A stretch of 64,000 nucleotides of DNA, taken from NCBI RefSeq assembly GCF_006345805.1, contig NC_043021.1:27714001-27778000 (forward strand), read 5' to 3'. Position numbers and translations under genes: made by a program. Position 1 is the stretch's first letter. Every line of letters starts with the position of its first letter. The notes beneath the pieces were generated by a model. That model saw only the letters and a program-made list of their open reading frames with translations. It ran no database searches and had not been told where the DNA came from. The stretch comes from Octopus sinensis (Eukaryota). This document shows, in pieces, positions 52,206-64,000 of the stretch.

Positions 52206-52574
52206 TGTGTATATGTGTAGATTTGTATGTTTTGCTTCGTTTATGTATTCCCATGCATTATATAGTGGCATATCGAGCCATGTTCCGATAAACATCTGGA
52301 AAAATTTCTACAGATTTCTACAGTTCCGGTGATGGATTGGATCTGATGTCTTCGAATTAGCTTTGCCTAATTTCTCAGGATTGGTATTTAGGTAGTGTGT
52401 TACTCATCCCAGAACCCCAATAATTACAGGTATAAACCTGAGAGAGTAACTGCAGATTTCTCAATAGTTCAGCGTACTGCTTGATATCTTGGGGAAGTGT
52501 CTTCTACTATAGTCTCGGTCAGACCAAAGCCTTCTGAGTGGATTTGGCTGATGGAAACTGAAAGAAGCCCGTTG

Positions 52575-53335
<761 letters not shown>

Positions 53336-54981
53336 GCTGTCAACACCCGCTAAAAGGAGGGCTGGGCATGCCGTGGTTGATGATGCGCAGACACGCGCTG
53401 AGACTGCGACATCTCTGGCTCTATGTAGACGACGGTGAACAGGTGTGGTCGCCGTTTGTGAGGCACGCTTTCCCGCAGCTCGTCTCCATGACCGAACTGC
53501 AGTCGTGGATCAAAAAGAAGCCGAGGAAGGGCGATTGGCACCGCGAGTGTCGCGTTGCTCTCAAGCAACTCTGCCGTCCCCGGTCGACCTTGAGTGACTT
53601 CAACACAACCAAAGCATTCTATAGGGGATTAGTGGTGGGGAGGTACGACGACGAGCTCGGGGCGAACCTGGACGTCGACGAGGAGTACCTGACCCGCCTG
53701 TTCAGGACGACTTTCGGGCCAGGGCCCATGGACAACTTGCAGAGATCCCTGGCCTGGCAGTGCTACCGAGAAGCGCTACCCGTTCGGGATAAGCTCTACA
53801 GACACGGCTCGAGAAACACGGGGCCGACCTGCCCGAGATGCGGTCAGAGCGACGAAACCGTTCTGCACGCACTCGTGCAGTGTCCAACAATTTCCGACCT
53901 GTGGGCTTATGTCCAACAACTGCTGTCACGTGTGGGACGAGTCGGTTTATCAGCTGAGTCTATCGTCAATATTGTCACGCCTCCTTCCTTCAAACGGGAA
54001 GGAAGAGCTATTTTCATCATCCTTGTGGCTATGGCGAAAGAATGTATCTTTCATAACACTGTGATACACGATCCCTATTGATCGTTCTTTTTTTTCCTCT
54101 TCCCCCTTTTTTCCCCCTTTTTTTCTTCTTTTTTCATTTCTCTTTCCTTTTGTTCCTTTTCCTTTTCTTTTTTTTCTTTTTATTCTTTTTATTTTATTCA
54201 ATTTTTTTTTTTGTTTTTGTTCTTTTCTTCCCTTTTACGATCCCTCTTGATCGAAAACCTACGTCACCCCCCCTTTTTTTTCTTTTGTTTTTTGTTCTCT
54301 TCATCCCCCAAAAGAAAAGCTCTACCTTGTAACTTGTCCCATCTGTGTGCAGCCCTGTGTGGCCAATAAAGAAACTTATCTATCTATCTGAAAGAATGTA
54401 TCTTGTGGACGTGCCTGAAAGGATTAGAGACAAACACTTTCCTCTCTGGTCAATCTCTCATCAACTTCTTCAAGTATCACTTGAAGAGGAAAGTGAGAGT
54501 AGAGAGGCAAGTTTTGTCTAGTGAATGTTTTAAAAAAAGATGTGTGAATGTAGCAAGGATGGCACGTATGAATGACGAAGCCACCTTGACTATGATTCTA
54601 TGAACCGTAAAAATTAATACAGAGAGTTGCTTATTTGCAAAAAAAAAGGAATATAACATGTGACTTCATTGACCGAGGTTACCGTGGTCTTTTCCGTAGG
54701 TTTTCTTTCCACGGGTAAACCTCACCTGTCCTCCCCTTTACACTTCATATTGACATTTCTCTGATAACGATCCCTATTGATCAATTTTTTTTCTTTTCCC
54801 TTTTTTTCCTTTCCCCCTTTTTTATTGTTTTAATTTTATCCCCCCTTTTTTTCCTCTTTCTTTCCTTTTACGATCCCTTTTGATCGAAAACCAAACCGCC
54901 TTTTTTTTACCCCCAAAAGAAAAGCTCTACCTTGTAATTTGTCCTGTCTGTGTGCAGCCCTGTGTGGCTAATAAAGAAACA
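53336..54981 (+). mobile_element. Tx1-like copy F, 5'-truncated, E subfamily, interrupted by a nested insertion
   Basis: Starts at CCQHPLKGG; the ORF resumes at 54405 after the insert; AATAAA 54970-54975 then GAAACA-TATC. Confidence 0.92.
54051..54389 (+). mobile_element. Nested 339-bp Tx1 3'-UTR fragment (copy G) with 15-bp TSD and its own TATC tail
   Basis: GAAAGAATGTATCTT at 54036-54050 and 54390-54404; the insert ends GCCCTGTGTGGCC-AATAAA-GAAACT-TATCTATCTATCT. Confidence 0.9.
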
Positions 54982-55073
<92 letters not shown>

Positions 55074-55075
55074 CA
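54982..55075 (+). repeat. (TATC)n tract 3' of copy F
   Basis: Seen directly. Confidence 0.97.
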
Positions 55076-55402
55076 TCTGTCTGTCTGTCTATCTATCAGA
55101 CTTTCTGTCCGTCTGTCTGCATGTCTGTAAATTCCTGGAACATTCAGCGCTAGAATAACTAATTTGATACAAGAACGATTAGGAGACGATTATAATTAGA
55201 ATCTTAAACAGTAAAGTGCATGCATATATGTATGTGTGTGTATGTGTGTATTATATATATATATATAGATATATATATATATTATATATATAAATATATA
55301 TATAACGGGAAGCTTTATGAAAATAGACAAAAGACGAAGGCAGGTGGAAAACAAACAAACAATTGTATTAGTATGGCGCTCAGGAAATATAAATAAAACA
55401 AG

Positions 55403-55436
55403 TCTTTAACGTTTCGAGCCTACGCTCTTCACAGAG
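55403..55436 (-). ncRNA. Degenerate hammerhead-like motif in the downstream pseudo-LTR
   Basis: CTG-TGA-A-GAGC-gtag-GCTC-GAAAC-GTT-AAAGA; one core base lost and helix I broken relative to 59827-59864. Confidence 0.5.
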
Positions 55437-56209
55437 AGAAAAAAGATACACAGAGAGAAAAAAAACACAGAAAGAAGGAGAGAAAAAAAATGCGTGCAGT
55501 AACTAACGAATCAACATGGCGATCTGATTTCGGCCAGAGGTCAAAGATCAAACATGAGACGCGAGAGCGAAATAAGGGGAGATAATAGGGTTGATAACAG
55601 GGTTGAATGACCGGCTCCAACATAAGGGTGTGAGTGTGTGTGTGTGTGTATGAGAGAGTATTAGTGCGTATGAGAGGTCTGGACGTGTGTATGTATAGGG
55701 TTGGTGTATGTATTAGTATGTATTAGTATGTATTAGTACGTATTAGTATGTATAAGGGTGTGTGTGTGTGTGTGTATGAGAGAGTATAAGTGCGTATGAG
55801 AGGTCTGGACGTGTGTATGTATAGGGTTGGTGTATGTATTAGTATGTATTAGTATGTATTAGTACGTATTAGTATGTATTAGTTGGTGTATGTATTAGTA
55901 TGGCACATCATATATGATGTGATGTGTAAAGTCGTGTGGTGTAGTGTGGAGAGAGAGAGAAGAGGGGGGGGAGGAGGGGGGAGAGAGGGGGAGAGAGGAG
56001 GGGGAGAAGGAAGGAGAGGAGGAGGGGAGGAGGAAGGAGGAAAGAGGGAGCGGGGGAGAGAGAAGGGGAGAGAGGGAGTGAGGGAGCAGAGGGAAGGGGA
56101 AGAGGGAGGGAGAAAGAGGGAAGAAGTGAAGGGGAGTAGGGGTGAAAGGATGAAGGACTGAAGAAGTAGGGGTCGGGGGGAGAAAGGATAGGTGAGGAGG
56201 GGGGTGAGG

Positions 56210-59102
56210 TTAGATGAGGAGGGGGGGAGAGTTGAGACCAAATGGCGTATAAGAGCGAAGAGAGAAGATTAATTCCTGTTCACGGCGCAAACGGGAATCC
56301 GGATGGCCTCTGTGTAAGGACAAACCGAACACAGATAGGTGTTGCAAGGAGTGACCGGTGGAGCGGAAATGGCGTGAGACCGGTGTGTCGTTCGCAAGGT
56401 GGATGTCACGAAGGTGTTCCGCGAACCGGTCAGCCAAGCGGCGTCCGGTTTGTCCGATGTACAAGGAATGGCAGAGAGAGCAAGAGACGCAATAGATAAT
56501 ATTGCTGGAGGTGCAGGTGAAGGAGTGGATGATGGGATAGGGTCGATGATGGGTGCTAGTGAGGAGGGTGGTGTTGGAGAGGTAAGGGCAAGTGCGGCAA
56601 CGTGGGCGGGAGCAGGGGAACGAGCCGGGTTGGGAGGTAGGGTCAGGGAAGGAGCTATGGACCAAAAGGTCTCGAAGGTTGTGGGCTCGTTTGAAAGAGG
56701 GGAGGGGTCGGTTAGGGAAGAGGTGTGAAGTGGACGGGTCGGACTGGAGATGACGGAAAGCTCGAAGAATGGTGCGTTGGAGAGGTAGGGTCGTGGGGTG
56801 GTAAGTGAGGGGAAAAGGGAGGCGGGAGACTACAGGGCGGGTTCGGGGAGAGAGAGCAGATACACGGTCCACGGACCGTGCTCTGGCAAGGGCGGTGTGG
56901 ATAGTGGTGAGGGGGTATCCACGTAGGGTGAAGTGGTGAGCCATACGTTGAGACTAAGTCTCAAAGTCATGGTCGTCACTACAGAGCCTACGTAGACGGA
57001 GGAATTGGGAATAGGGGATGGAAAGCTTGGTGTGTTCTGGGTGGGAGGAAGAGAAGTTGAGGTATGAGTGTGAGTCTGTGTTTTTGTAGTGAATTGAGGT
57101 GGTAAGAGTGGAGTGAAGAATGCTAACCGAAATGTTGAGGAAGGAGACAGAGGTGTTGGAGATAGTGGAAGTGAAGTGGAGGGCTGGATGGAAAGATTGG
57201 ACGAAAGAGAGGAAGGAATCTAGATGTTCACGGGAGAGTGAGGTGGCACCGATAATGTCGTCAATGTAACGACCATATAGTTCGGGAGTGGGACCAGTGA
57301 AATTAGAGAATATTTGGGCCTCAACATAGCCAACGAACAGGTTCGCATAGTTGGGGCCCATTCGCGTTCCCATGGCCACTCCCGAGGCCTGATGGTAGAA
57401 CTCGCCCGCGAACGAGAAGCAGTTCAGAGTAAGGACAAGTTCGGCCAGACGAATGAGTGTGGAGGTGTCAGGTACAGGGTTGGAGCGGAGGTCAAGAAAG
57501 TGTCGAAGGGCCTGCAGTCCTTCGTGGTGAGGGATAACAGTATAGAGGCTTTGGATGTCCATAGTAAAAAGGATTTTGGAGGAGCCGGGAGGAAAGGAGA
57601 AAGAGCTGAAAAGCCGGAGAGCATGGTTGGTATCGTGGATGTGGGAGGGAAGAGATGCCACTAGGGGGGCAAGGACACGGTCGAGGTATTTAGAGATGAG
57701 CTCCGTGGGGCAGTTACAGGCGGAGACGATGGGGCGGCCAGGGTTGTTGGGTTTGTAGATTTTGGGGAGGAAGTAAATGGTGGGGATACGTGGGGTTCGC
57801 ACAATTAGGTTGGATGCGGTGTGGGGGAGACGGGAGGACGAGATGAGGTCGCGGACAGTAGAGGATACCGTCTGTTGGTAGCTACGTGTGGGGTTAGAGG
57901 GCAGAGGGGAGTAGAAGGAGGTGTCATTGAGTTGGCGGAAAGCCTCGGCCCTATAGAGGTCCGCGCCCCACACCACTACAGCTCCACCCTTGTCAGCCGG
58001 TTTGATGATAATGTCAGCGCGCCGTTGAAGGGAACGAAGAGCCAAGAGCTCAGCCGGGGAGATGTTGAGGCGGCGTTGGCGCCTGGAGAAGTTGAACCGC
58101 TCCAATGCACGCTGACAAGCGCCCGCGAAAAGATCCACTGCTAGGAACTGGCCAGGGGCAGGCGTCCACGGGGATGGTCGGCGGCCCAGGCCAGTGAAGC
58201 AGTCCTCCTCGGTGGGTGTGGGTGGCGAGTCGTGGTAATGCGCACCCAACCGGACGCGGCGCACAAAGCTGTGGACATCAACCCGCGTTTGGAATTCCTT
58301 ACAGGATGGAGTGAGGGGGATGAAACGCAGACCCCTACCAAGGACGGAGCGTTCAGCCGCAGAGAGGGGAAGATCGGGGGGGATGGTAACAACAGACGGA
58401 AGTGGAGAAGGGGTGGGAGGAATAGAAGTGGGAGGGGTGGTAGGTCTCGTGGAGGTCTGAGGGGGAGGTGTGTGGGGGTGGTTGGGGGGCAGTAGGGTTA
58501 GGTGTAGGTGGATGGAGCCTATCAGGAGGGGAGAAGGGGTTATAGGGAGGGGCAGTGGGGTTAGGTGTGGGGGGATGGAGCCTATCGGGAGGGGAGAAGG
58601 GTAGTGGAGGAGTTGGGGTAGTGGCGTCGGGTAGGGTGGAATGGAAGAGTGATTGGAATTTACGAAGTTTGGTATCAGAAAGAAATTGATGGAAGAGGTG
58701 ATTCAAATGGATAATGAAGCGTAGCGTGTTTGGAGCATAGAGAGGCGGCAGAGAGTAGAAGAATGTGGCGAAAGCAGGAGGAAGAAGGCGGTTGATGGTA
58801 TGTAGTTTAGAGAGATTGGAGCGAATGGTGGCCCGCATAAGGCGGTAAGATGTGGTGCGGAGTATGGGTAAGATGGAAGAATCCGAGTGGAGAGCAGGGT
58901 GGAAGTGGAGGCGGAAACCTTTAGGGATGAGTCGGTGATGTAGGCAGCGGCTTAGGAAAGAGACATGGCTAGAGAAGCTGGTTTTTTTTAAAAGAAGTAG
59001 AGAGAGATTAACGGACGGCTGAAGGCAGTTTACGGTGAGAGGACGGAGATGATCCTTCAAACGATGATGGAGGGTGAGGAGATAGGACCTAGGATCCGGC
59101 AT
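56210..59102 (-). pseudogene. PLE polyprotein (N-domain, RT, Cys linker, GIY-YIG endonuclease); one frameshift (~58400-58600) and one in-frame TAG (~56955)
   Basis: FLSRCLHHRLIPKGFRL; VVTIPPDLPLSAAERSVLGRGLRF; KPADKGGAVVVW; DIQSLYT; GVAMG; RYIDDI; FPCSRPRCRTC; NIIYCVSC-x-LYIGQTGRRLADRFAEH. Confidence 0.93.
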
Positions 59103-59826
59103 GATGGGATAGCGGAAAAAAAACAAACGTTCGAAAAAACAAAAAAAACAAAAAACAGAAAACAAAAAATTATCGTATGAAAAAATAGATAAAAAAGGAT
59201 AGCGAAAAAAAAGGGGAAAAAAACAAACGTTAAAAAAAACAAAAAAATAATAATCGTATGAAAAAACTAGATAAGTAAGCGATAGGGGCAGAAAAGACGG
59301 GGCAAACGGAAAAGGGAAAGAAAGAAGGGAAGCAGAGAGAGGGGGAGGCAAAAAAAGGGGGGGTGCAGGCAGAAGAAACAGAGTATGGACATCCAGAGAG
59401 GGAAGAAAGACGGAAAGGAGAACAAAAATGCAGGAAACTGTGGAAAGCATGAAATGAATGTAAAAAAGTGGTAATATATGAGAAAATAAAAATACAACAA
59501 ACGGGACAAGTTCAAGGTTGAGAGTTCAAGGTTAGAAATGTGTAGACGTCGTGGTATATTTTTTAAGGATTTCACATCAATAACAAAGTCACTTTGATCC
59601 GCGAAAGAGAGGTGCAGCCAATGGTAAGTATCCAAGAGGTAAAGAAAATCCAAGGTAGATGTAAGTGTTGATAGTGGTATTGGTAGAATATAGGATGAAA
59701 GTGAGACCACGTGAGCGTATAATATATAACGGGAAGCTTTATGAAAATAGACAAAAGACGAAGGCAGGTGGAAAACAAACAAACAATTGTATTAGTATGG
59801 CGCTCAGGAAATATAAATAAAATAAG

Positions 59827-59864
59827 TCTTTAACGTTTCGAGCCTACGCTCTTCAACAGAAAGA
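59827..59864 (-). ncRNA. Minimal type I hammerhead-like motif, CUGUUGA core, in the upstream pseudo-LTR
   Basis: TCTTT-CTGTTGA-A-GAGC-gtag-GCTC-GAAAC-GTT-AAAGA; helix I TCTTT/AAAGA, helix II GAGC/GCTC, palindromic AACGTT. Confidence 0.7.
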
Positions 59865-60575
59865 TACACAGAGAGAAAAAAACACAGAAAGAAGGAGAGA
59901 AAAAAAATGCGTGCAGTAACTAACGAATCAACATGGCGATCTGATTTCGGCCAGAGGTCAAAGATCAAACATGAGACGCGAGAGCGAAATAAGGGGAGAT
60001 AATAGGGTTGATAATAGGGTTGAATGACCGGCTCCAACATAAGGGTGTGTGTGTGTGTGTGTGTGTGTGTATGAGAGAGTATTAGTGCGTATGAGAGGTC
60101 TGGACGTGTGTATGTATAGGGTTGGTGTATGTATTAGTATGTATTAGTATGTATTAGTACGTATTAGTATGTATAAGGGTGTGTGTGTGTGTGTATGAGA
60201 GAGTATAAGTGCGTATGAGAGGTCTGGACGTGTGTATGTATAGGGTTGGTGTATGTATTAGTATGTATTAGTATGTATTAGTACGTATTAGTATGTATTA
60301 GTTGGTGTATGTATTAGTATGGCACATCATATATGATGTGATGTGTAAAGTCGTGTGGTGTAGTGTGGAGAGAGGAGAAGAGGGGGAGGAGGGGGGTGGG
60401 GGAGAGAGGAGGGGGAGAAGGAAGGGGAGGAGGAGGGGGAGGAGGAAGGAGGAAAGAGGGAGAGGGGAGAGAAAAGGGGAGTGAGGGAGCAGAGGGAAGG
60501 GGAAGAGAGAAGGAGGGAGGGAGAAAGAGGGAAGAAGGGAAGGGGAGTAGGGGTGAAATATATATATATATATAT

Positions 60576-60793
60576 TGGGAACTTAAAACAAATAATATGG
60601 GATACAAACTAAAATGGGATATAGTTAGGAGGGCAAAACCTTATAGAAATAGTGGAGTAGGCTGTCAACTTTGTTCTATGGAAACCTATGAAATTTTCAG
60701 TATCGAAGTAACAAAAATCTACTGAATAATCGTCTAGAGTTAGGATCATCTTGCATACATTCCACAACAAGAACATTTAAATACTTTAAATAG
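60576..60793 (+). mobile_element. 3' remnant of a second PLE-type endonuclease (different clade from Neptune, unassigned)
   Basis: WELKTNNMGYKLKWDIVRRAKPY...CQLCSME...(frameshift)LLNNRLELGSSCIH; CxxC...CxH pattern of PLE endonuclease C-termini. Confidence 0.65.
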
Positions 60794-61029
60794 AAATTTA
60801 AGTTTTCCTACATTTTCAAACTTTAACTTTTTAATATAATAATAATATCAGATATACTATACTAACATTTAAGTTACTTTCATAGTCGACTAGAATAACT
60901 TCACTGTATTCTTGAATTTTGATCTTTCCCCAAATCTATTCTAATTTTAACATTTAACACTATTCCCCCAGTTATAAAACACGATATAAATAGATGTTAG
61001 GTTTGTTCCCCTACCATTTGTAAAGGAAT

Positions 61030-61540
61030 TTAAATTGACCTCTCGACATTGACCTAGATTTTCTTCTCACCACATAAAAAACTGGCCTTTTGTTCTAGGG
61101 ACAATTCCCTTTATGTATTCTAAATTCTTTCTTTCTTCTGCAACTAACTTAGATCCCTTTTACAGTATTCTATCACATCCCCTTACCCAAATTCCTACTA
61201 CTAAAAAGATTCTGATGGCTCTTAGTTGTAAGTAGGGTTTTGGTCAGTTAGTATCTGACCTAAAACCCCATATGTTCCTAAGAATTCAATGATCCGTCTA
61301 CACTGACCCAATTTTTCTTGTCACCACATAGTTAAATTGACCTTTTGTTCTAGTGACTACCTGTTCTTCTTTTACTTATCCTGAATTTCCTCCTCCTTTC
61401 TTCAACTGACTTGAATTCTTTACCTACCATTACCCAATCCTTATAACTAAGGAAATTTTCTTACAGCAGTCAGTTGTAACCGAGGTTTTGGTCAGTTGGC
61501 ATCTGAACTACACGACCTCATGTTCCTAAGATTCATATCT
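61030..61540 (+). repeat. Two diverged ~250-bp tandem units
   Basis: TCACCACATA...CCTTTTGTTCTAG...AGTTGTAA...GGTTTTGGTCAGTT..ATCTGA...ATGTTCCTAAGA occurs twice. Confidence 0.7.
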
Positions 61541-61752
61541 ACATCTTTATCTGTATATTTACCTTCCCTAAGATGTTATTAATTGATTGGAAAACTTTAT
61601 ATTATTGGAAAACCTATATAAAATTTAGCTGAAGATTACTCAGCATTTTAAATCTGGTGTAATATTTACGGCTTTTAATAAAATGTTGTAGTATGAAACA
61701 ATTGTACTAAATTACCGGATTCATTCTTGTTGCTTATTTTTTTATATATATA

Positions 61753-61817
<65 letters not shown>

Positions 61818-63455
61818 ATATATTATATATATATATGCACACACATGCTATCTATCTATCTACCTATCTACCTATCTATCTGTCTGTCTGTCTGTCTGCA
61901 CGACGCTTTGTCAGGAAACAGGTCGCAGTTTCAAAGCGACGAAAATATTTTGACACTTATTACATTTAAATGTTTAAGTGAATCTAACGGTTTTTTATGT
62001 GTTCTTAAATGCATGTCAAACATTTGCAATTTTTTTTTGCTTCAGCACAAGATCTCCGATCAAGTTACTTGCTATGCAAGTACATCTACATATATATATA
62101 TAAATGTAAATTTTAAAAAAAATGGAGAAAACAGACAAGAAAAAAATAACAACGTGAGGGCGTATTACATGCCGAGTATTAATGAGACGCTCAGAGGAGG
62201 AAAGAAAGAAGGGTTGTTTTACTTTTCGAGCTTATCTCTCTTTCGGAAACAGGCGACATAGGAAAGTTCAAAAGAAAAGGAAGAAGGAAGAAAATAATCG
62301 CCAACAGTCCACGTATAGTTTCATTTTTGAAATGACCGGAAGCGGATGGACAAAGAGAAAATGCTTTCTGGGACAGGAGAGTGTGAAGAATGGTTGGCAT
62401 CCGTGTGATGCGCTTGTGTGTGGTAGCATGTCTGTGTATGTGCCCATGTGTATGCGCTGGTGTGTGTGCGTGTGATACCGTGTTTGTGTGTGGTAGTGTG
62501 TGTGTGGCAGTAACTGAGTGTGTGTCTGCTGCGTGGTGGCGCTGTGCAGGTGGTGGTGGTGTCTTGTGTGTGATACCGTGCGTGTATGGTAGCGTGTGTG
62601 TGTGTATGCCAGCAACTGTGTGTGTGTGTGCGCTGTAGCGTGTGCGCGTGTGGTTGTAACTGTGTGTGCGTGCGGTATTTAACTATTTACATGTGTTTGT
62701 TTTGTGTGAGTGGTCTCTTCTTCTTATTATTATTATGAATACCCTGATATAGTATCAGCCAGTCACTCTCATGGCTTCTGATCTTAGCTGATTGGAATGT
62801 TACCATGTACGTTTATCTTGGTATAAAAGATGGGCTACAGCAAACATTCTACTCAATACTAGAAATTTGCTTGTCAGTTGCTTTACCTTAACCAGTTGAG
62901 CATGTCCCTTAGTGGCTGACGATATGTGCATCTGTGATCATGAGCAAAAGTGGTGAAGGAGCATCATAGCCATGCGTTGAGAGGAATTCTTTGGAGTTCG
63001 AACAATTCACCACTTGAAACATAGGTGTTTTGTTCATCATCCTTAAACAACCCTTATTCAAGAACCTTTTGAGCGGGATGGCCTACCCAACCTCAAGACA
63101 ATTCTAATTAGGGTCCATCTGCTAGGTCATGCGCTGTTTATCTTGATATCAGATCACCATGTTACGCACATATGGTTGTGATGCATGTGCCTTGTGATGC
63201 AAAAACGGGTTGCCATGATTGGTATATTGTTCTTCGTATATTTGTACCCCAGTGTCACTTTGATGACATGCGCTGATCCCTCACTCAATAAAATAATAAT
63301 AATAACAATAATGATGATGATGATGATGATAATAATAAAGGTCAAATCAATAGTGTGTTTTATTGTTGAAAGATGGCCATCGCCATATATATAACTACTT
63401 GTTTCAACACACAATTTCATATCAAGAAACTTATAAATCACATACATAAACTTAT

Positions 63456-63560
<105 letters not shown>

Positions 63561-64000
63561 TATATATATACACATATAAAACTATAGAGCGAAAAACCGC
63601 TTGAAAAAGACACACAGATTGAAAATGCTATCTCAACTATTCCTTGCGAAATACAGCAAAAAATTATTAAAAATGTCATAAAAAATGTCACATGATCATG
63701 TTCATTTTAATTAGAAAAGGAAAAAAAAACACAGAAACAAAACAAATAACAATACAATTCCTTTCCTGACTTCTATTATTCTTTAATTAGCTTGGTCAGT
63801 AAATGAATAGCTTTGAGGTTCAGATTCACTTAACGTTAACACACAAAGCTAATTAATAACTAATCAATATGGTATTTTAAAATTTAATCATCAATATTAT
63901 ATTTTTTATTCATCAATAATATAGTTTCAATTTTTTCTTTTTTTGTTATTTTTTTTTATTTGCCAAGTTAAATTAGTATTGAATTCACATCATTAGTGAT

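Larger units (their letters stand above)
55306..60558 (-). mobile_element. Penelope-like element, Neptune-type, partial-tandem (pseudo-LTR) structure, within (TA)n
   Basis: Direct repeats 55306-56147 and 59728-60558; RT plus GIY-YIG ORF between them; (TA)n on both flanks. Confidence 0.92.

Noticed and set aside
55620-55900. Regular short repeats (GTATTAGTAT) resembling a CRISPR array
   Set aside because: No unique spacers; this is a minisatellite inside a eukaryotic pseudo-LTR
56952-56958. Programmed readthrough or editing of the PLE in-frame TAG
   Set aside because: Single copy, and one substitution from a sense codon explains it; no evidence it is conserved
61922-61950. GTCGC/GCGAC hairpin followed by GAAA-ATATTT
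   Set aside because: No CUGANGA-like sequence upstream
62740-63150. Probable interspersed repeat
   Set aside because: Single copy in the window with no motif I can support; left unclassified

Overview
Repeat-saturated, AT-rich animal DNA with no host exon, rRNA, tRNA gene or CRISPR array that I can support. The microsatellite density and SINE types suggest an octopod cephalopod (inference from recalled repeat families, not a search). The main structure is a set of seven L1-clade/Tx1-like non-LTR retrotransposon insertions, all on the + strand. Three are full-length (~5.8-6.2 kb; zinc-knuckle ORF1 plus APE-RT-CCHC ORF2, all decayed), one runs off the window edge, two are 5'-truncated and one is a nested 339-bp 3' fragment. 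All seven 3' ends run in phase into (TATC)n, and five of the six visible 5' junctions also abut (TATC)n. This points to a (TATC)n-targeting family that builds head-to-tail arrays. The nested fragment, with a 15-bp target-site duplication, shows the element brings its own short TATC tail. The copies share covarying RNA hairpins in the 5' UTR, over the ORF1 start codon and in the 3' UTR. The second theme is Penelope-like elements (PLEs): one near-complete Neptune-type element plus remnants, and six hammerhead-ribozyme-like motifs. Most of these have non-canonical cores (CUGUUGA in two unrelated families, CUGAUGC in a fold-back pair). The rest is mariner/maT remnants, an RTE 3' end, tRNA-derived SINEs (one with an internal microsatellite) and simple repeats. 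Coordinates were counted by hand; the edges of old repeats are approximate.
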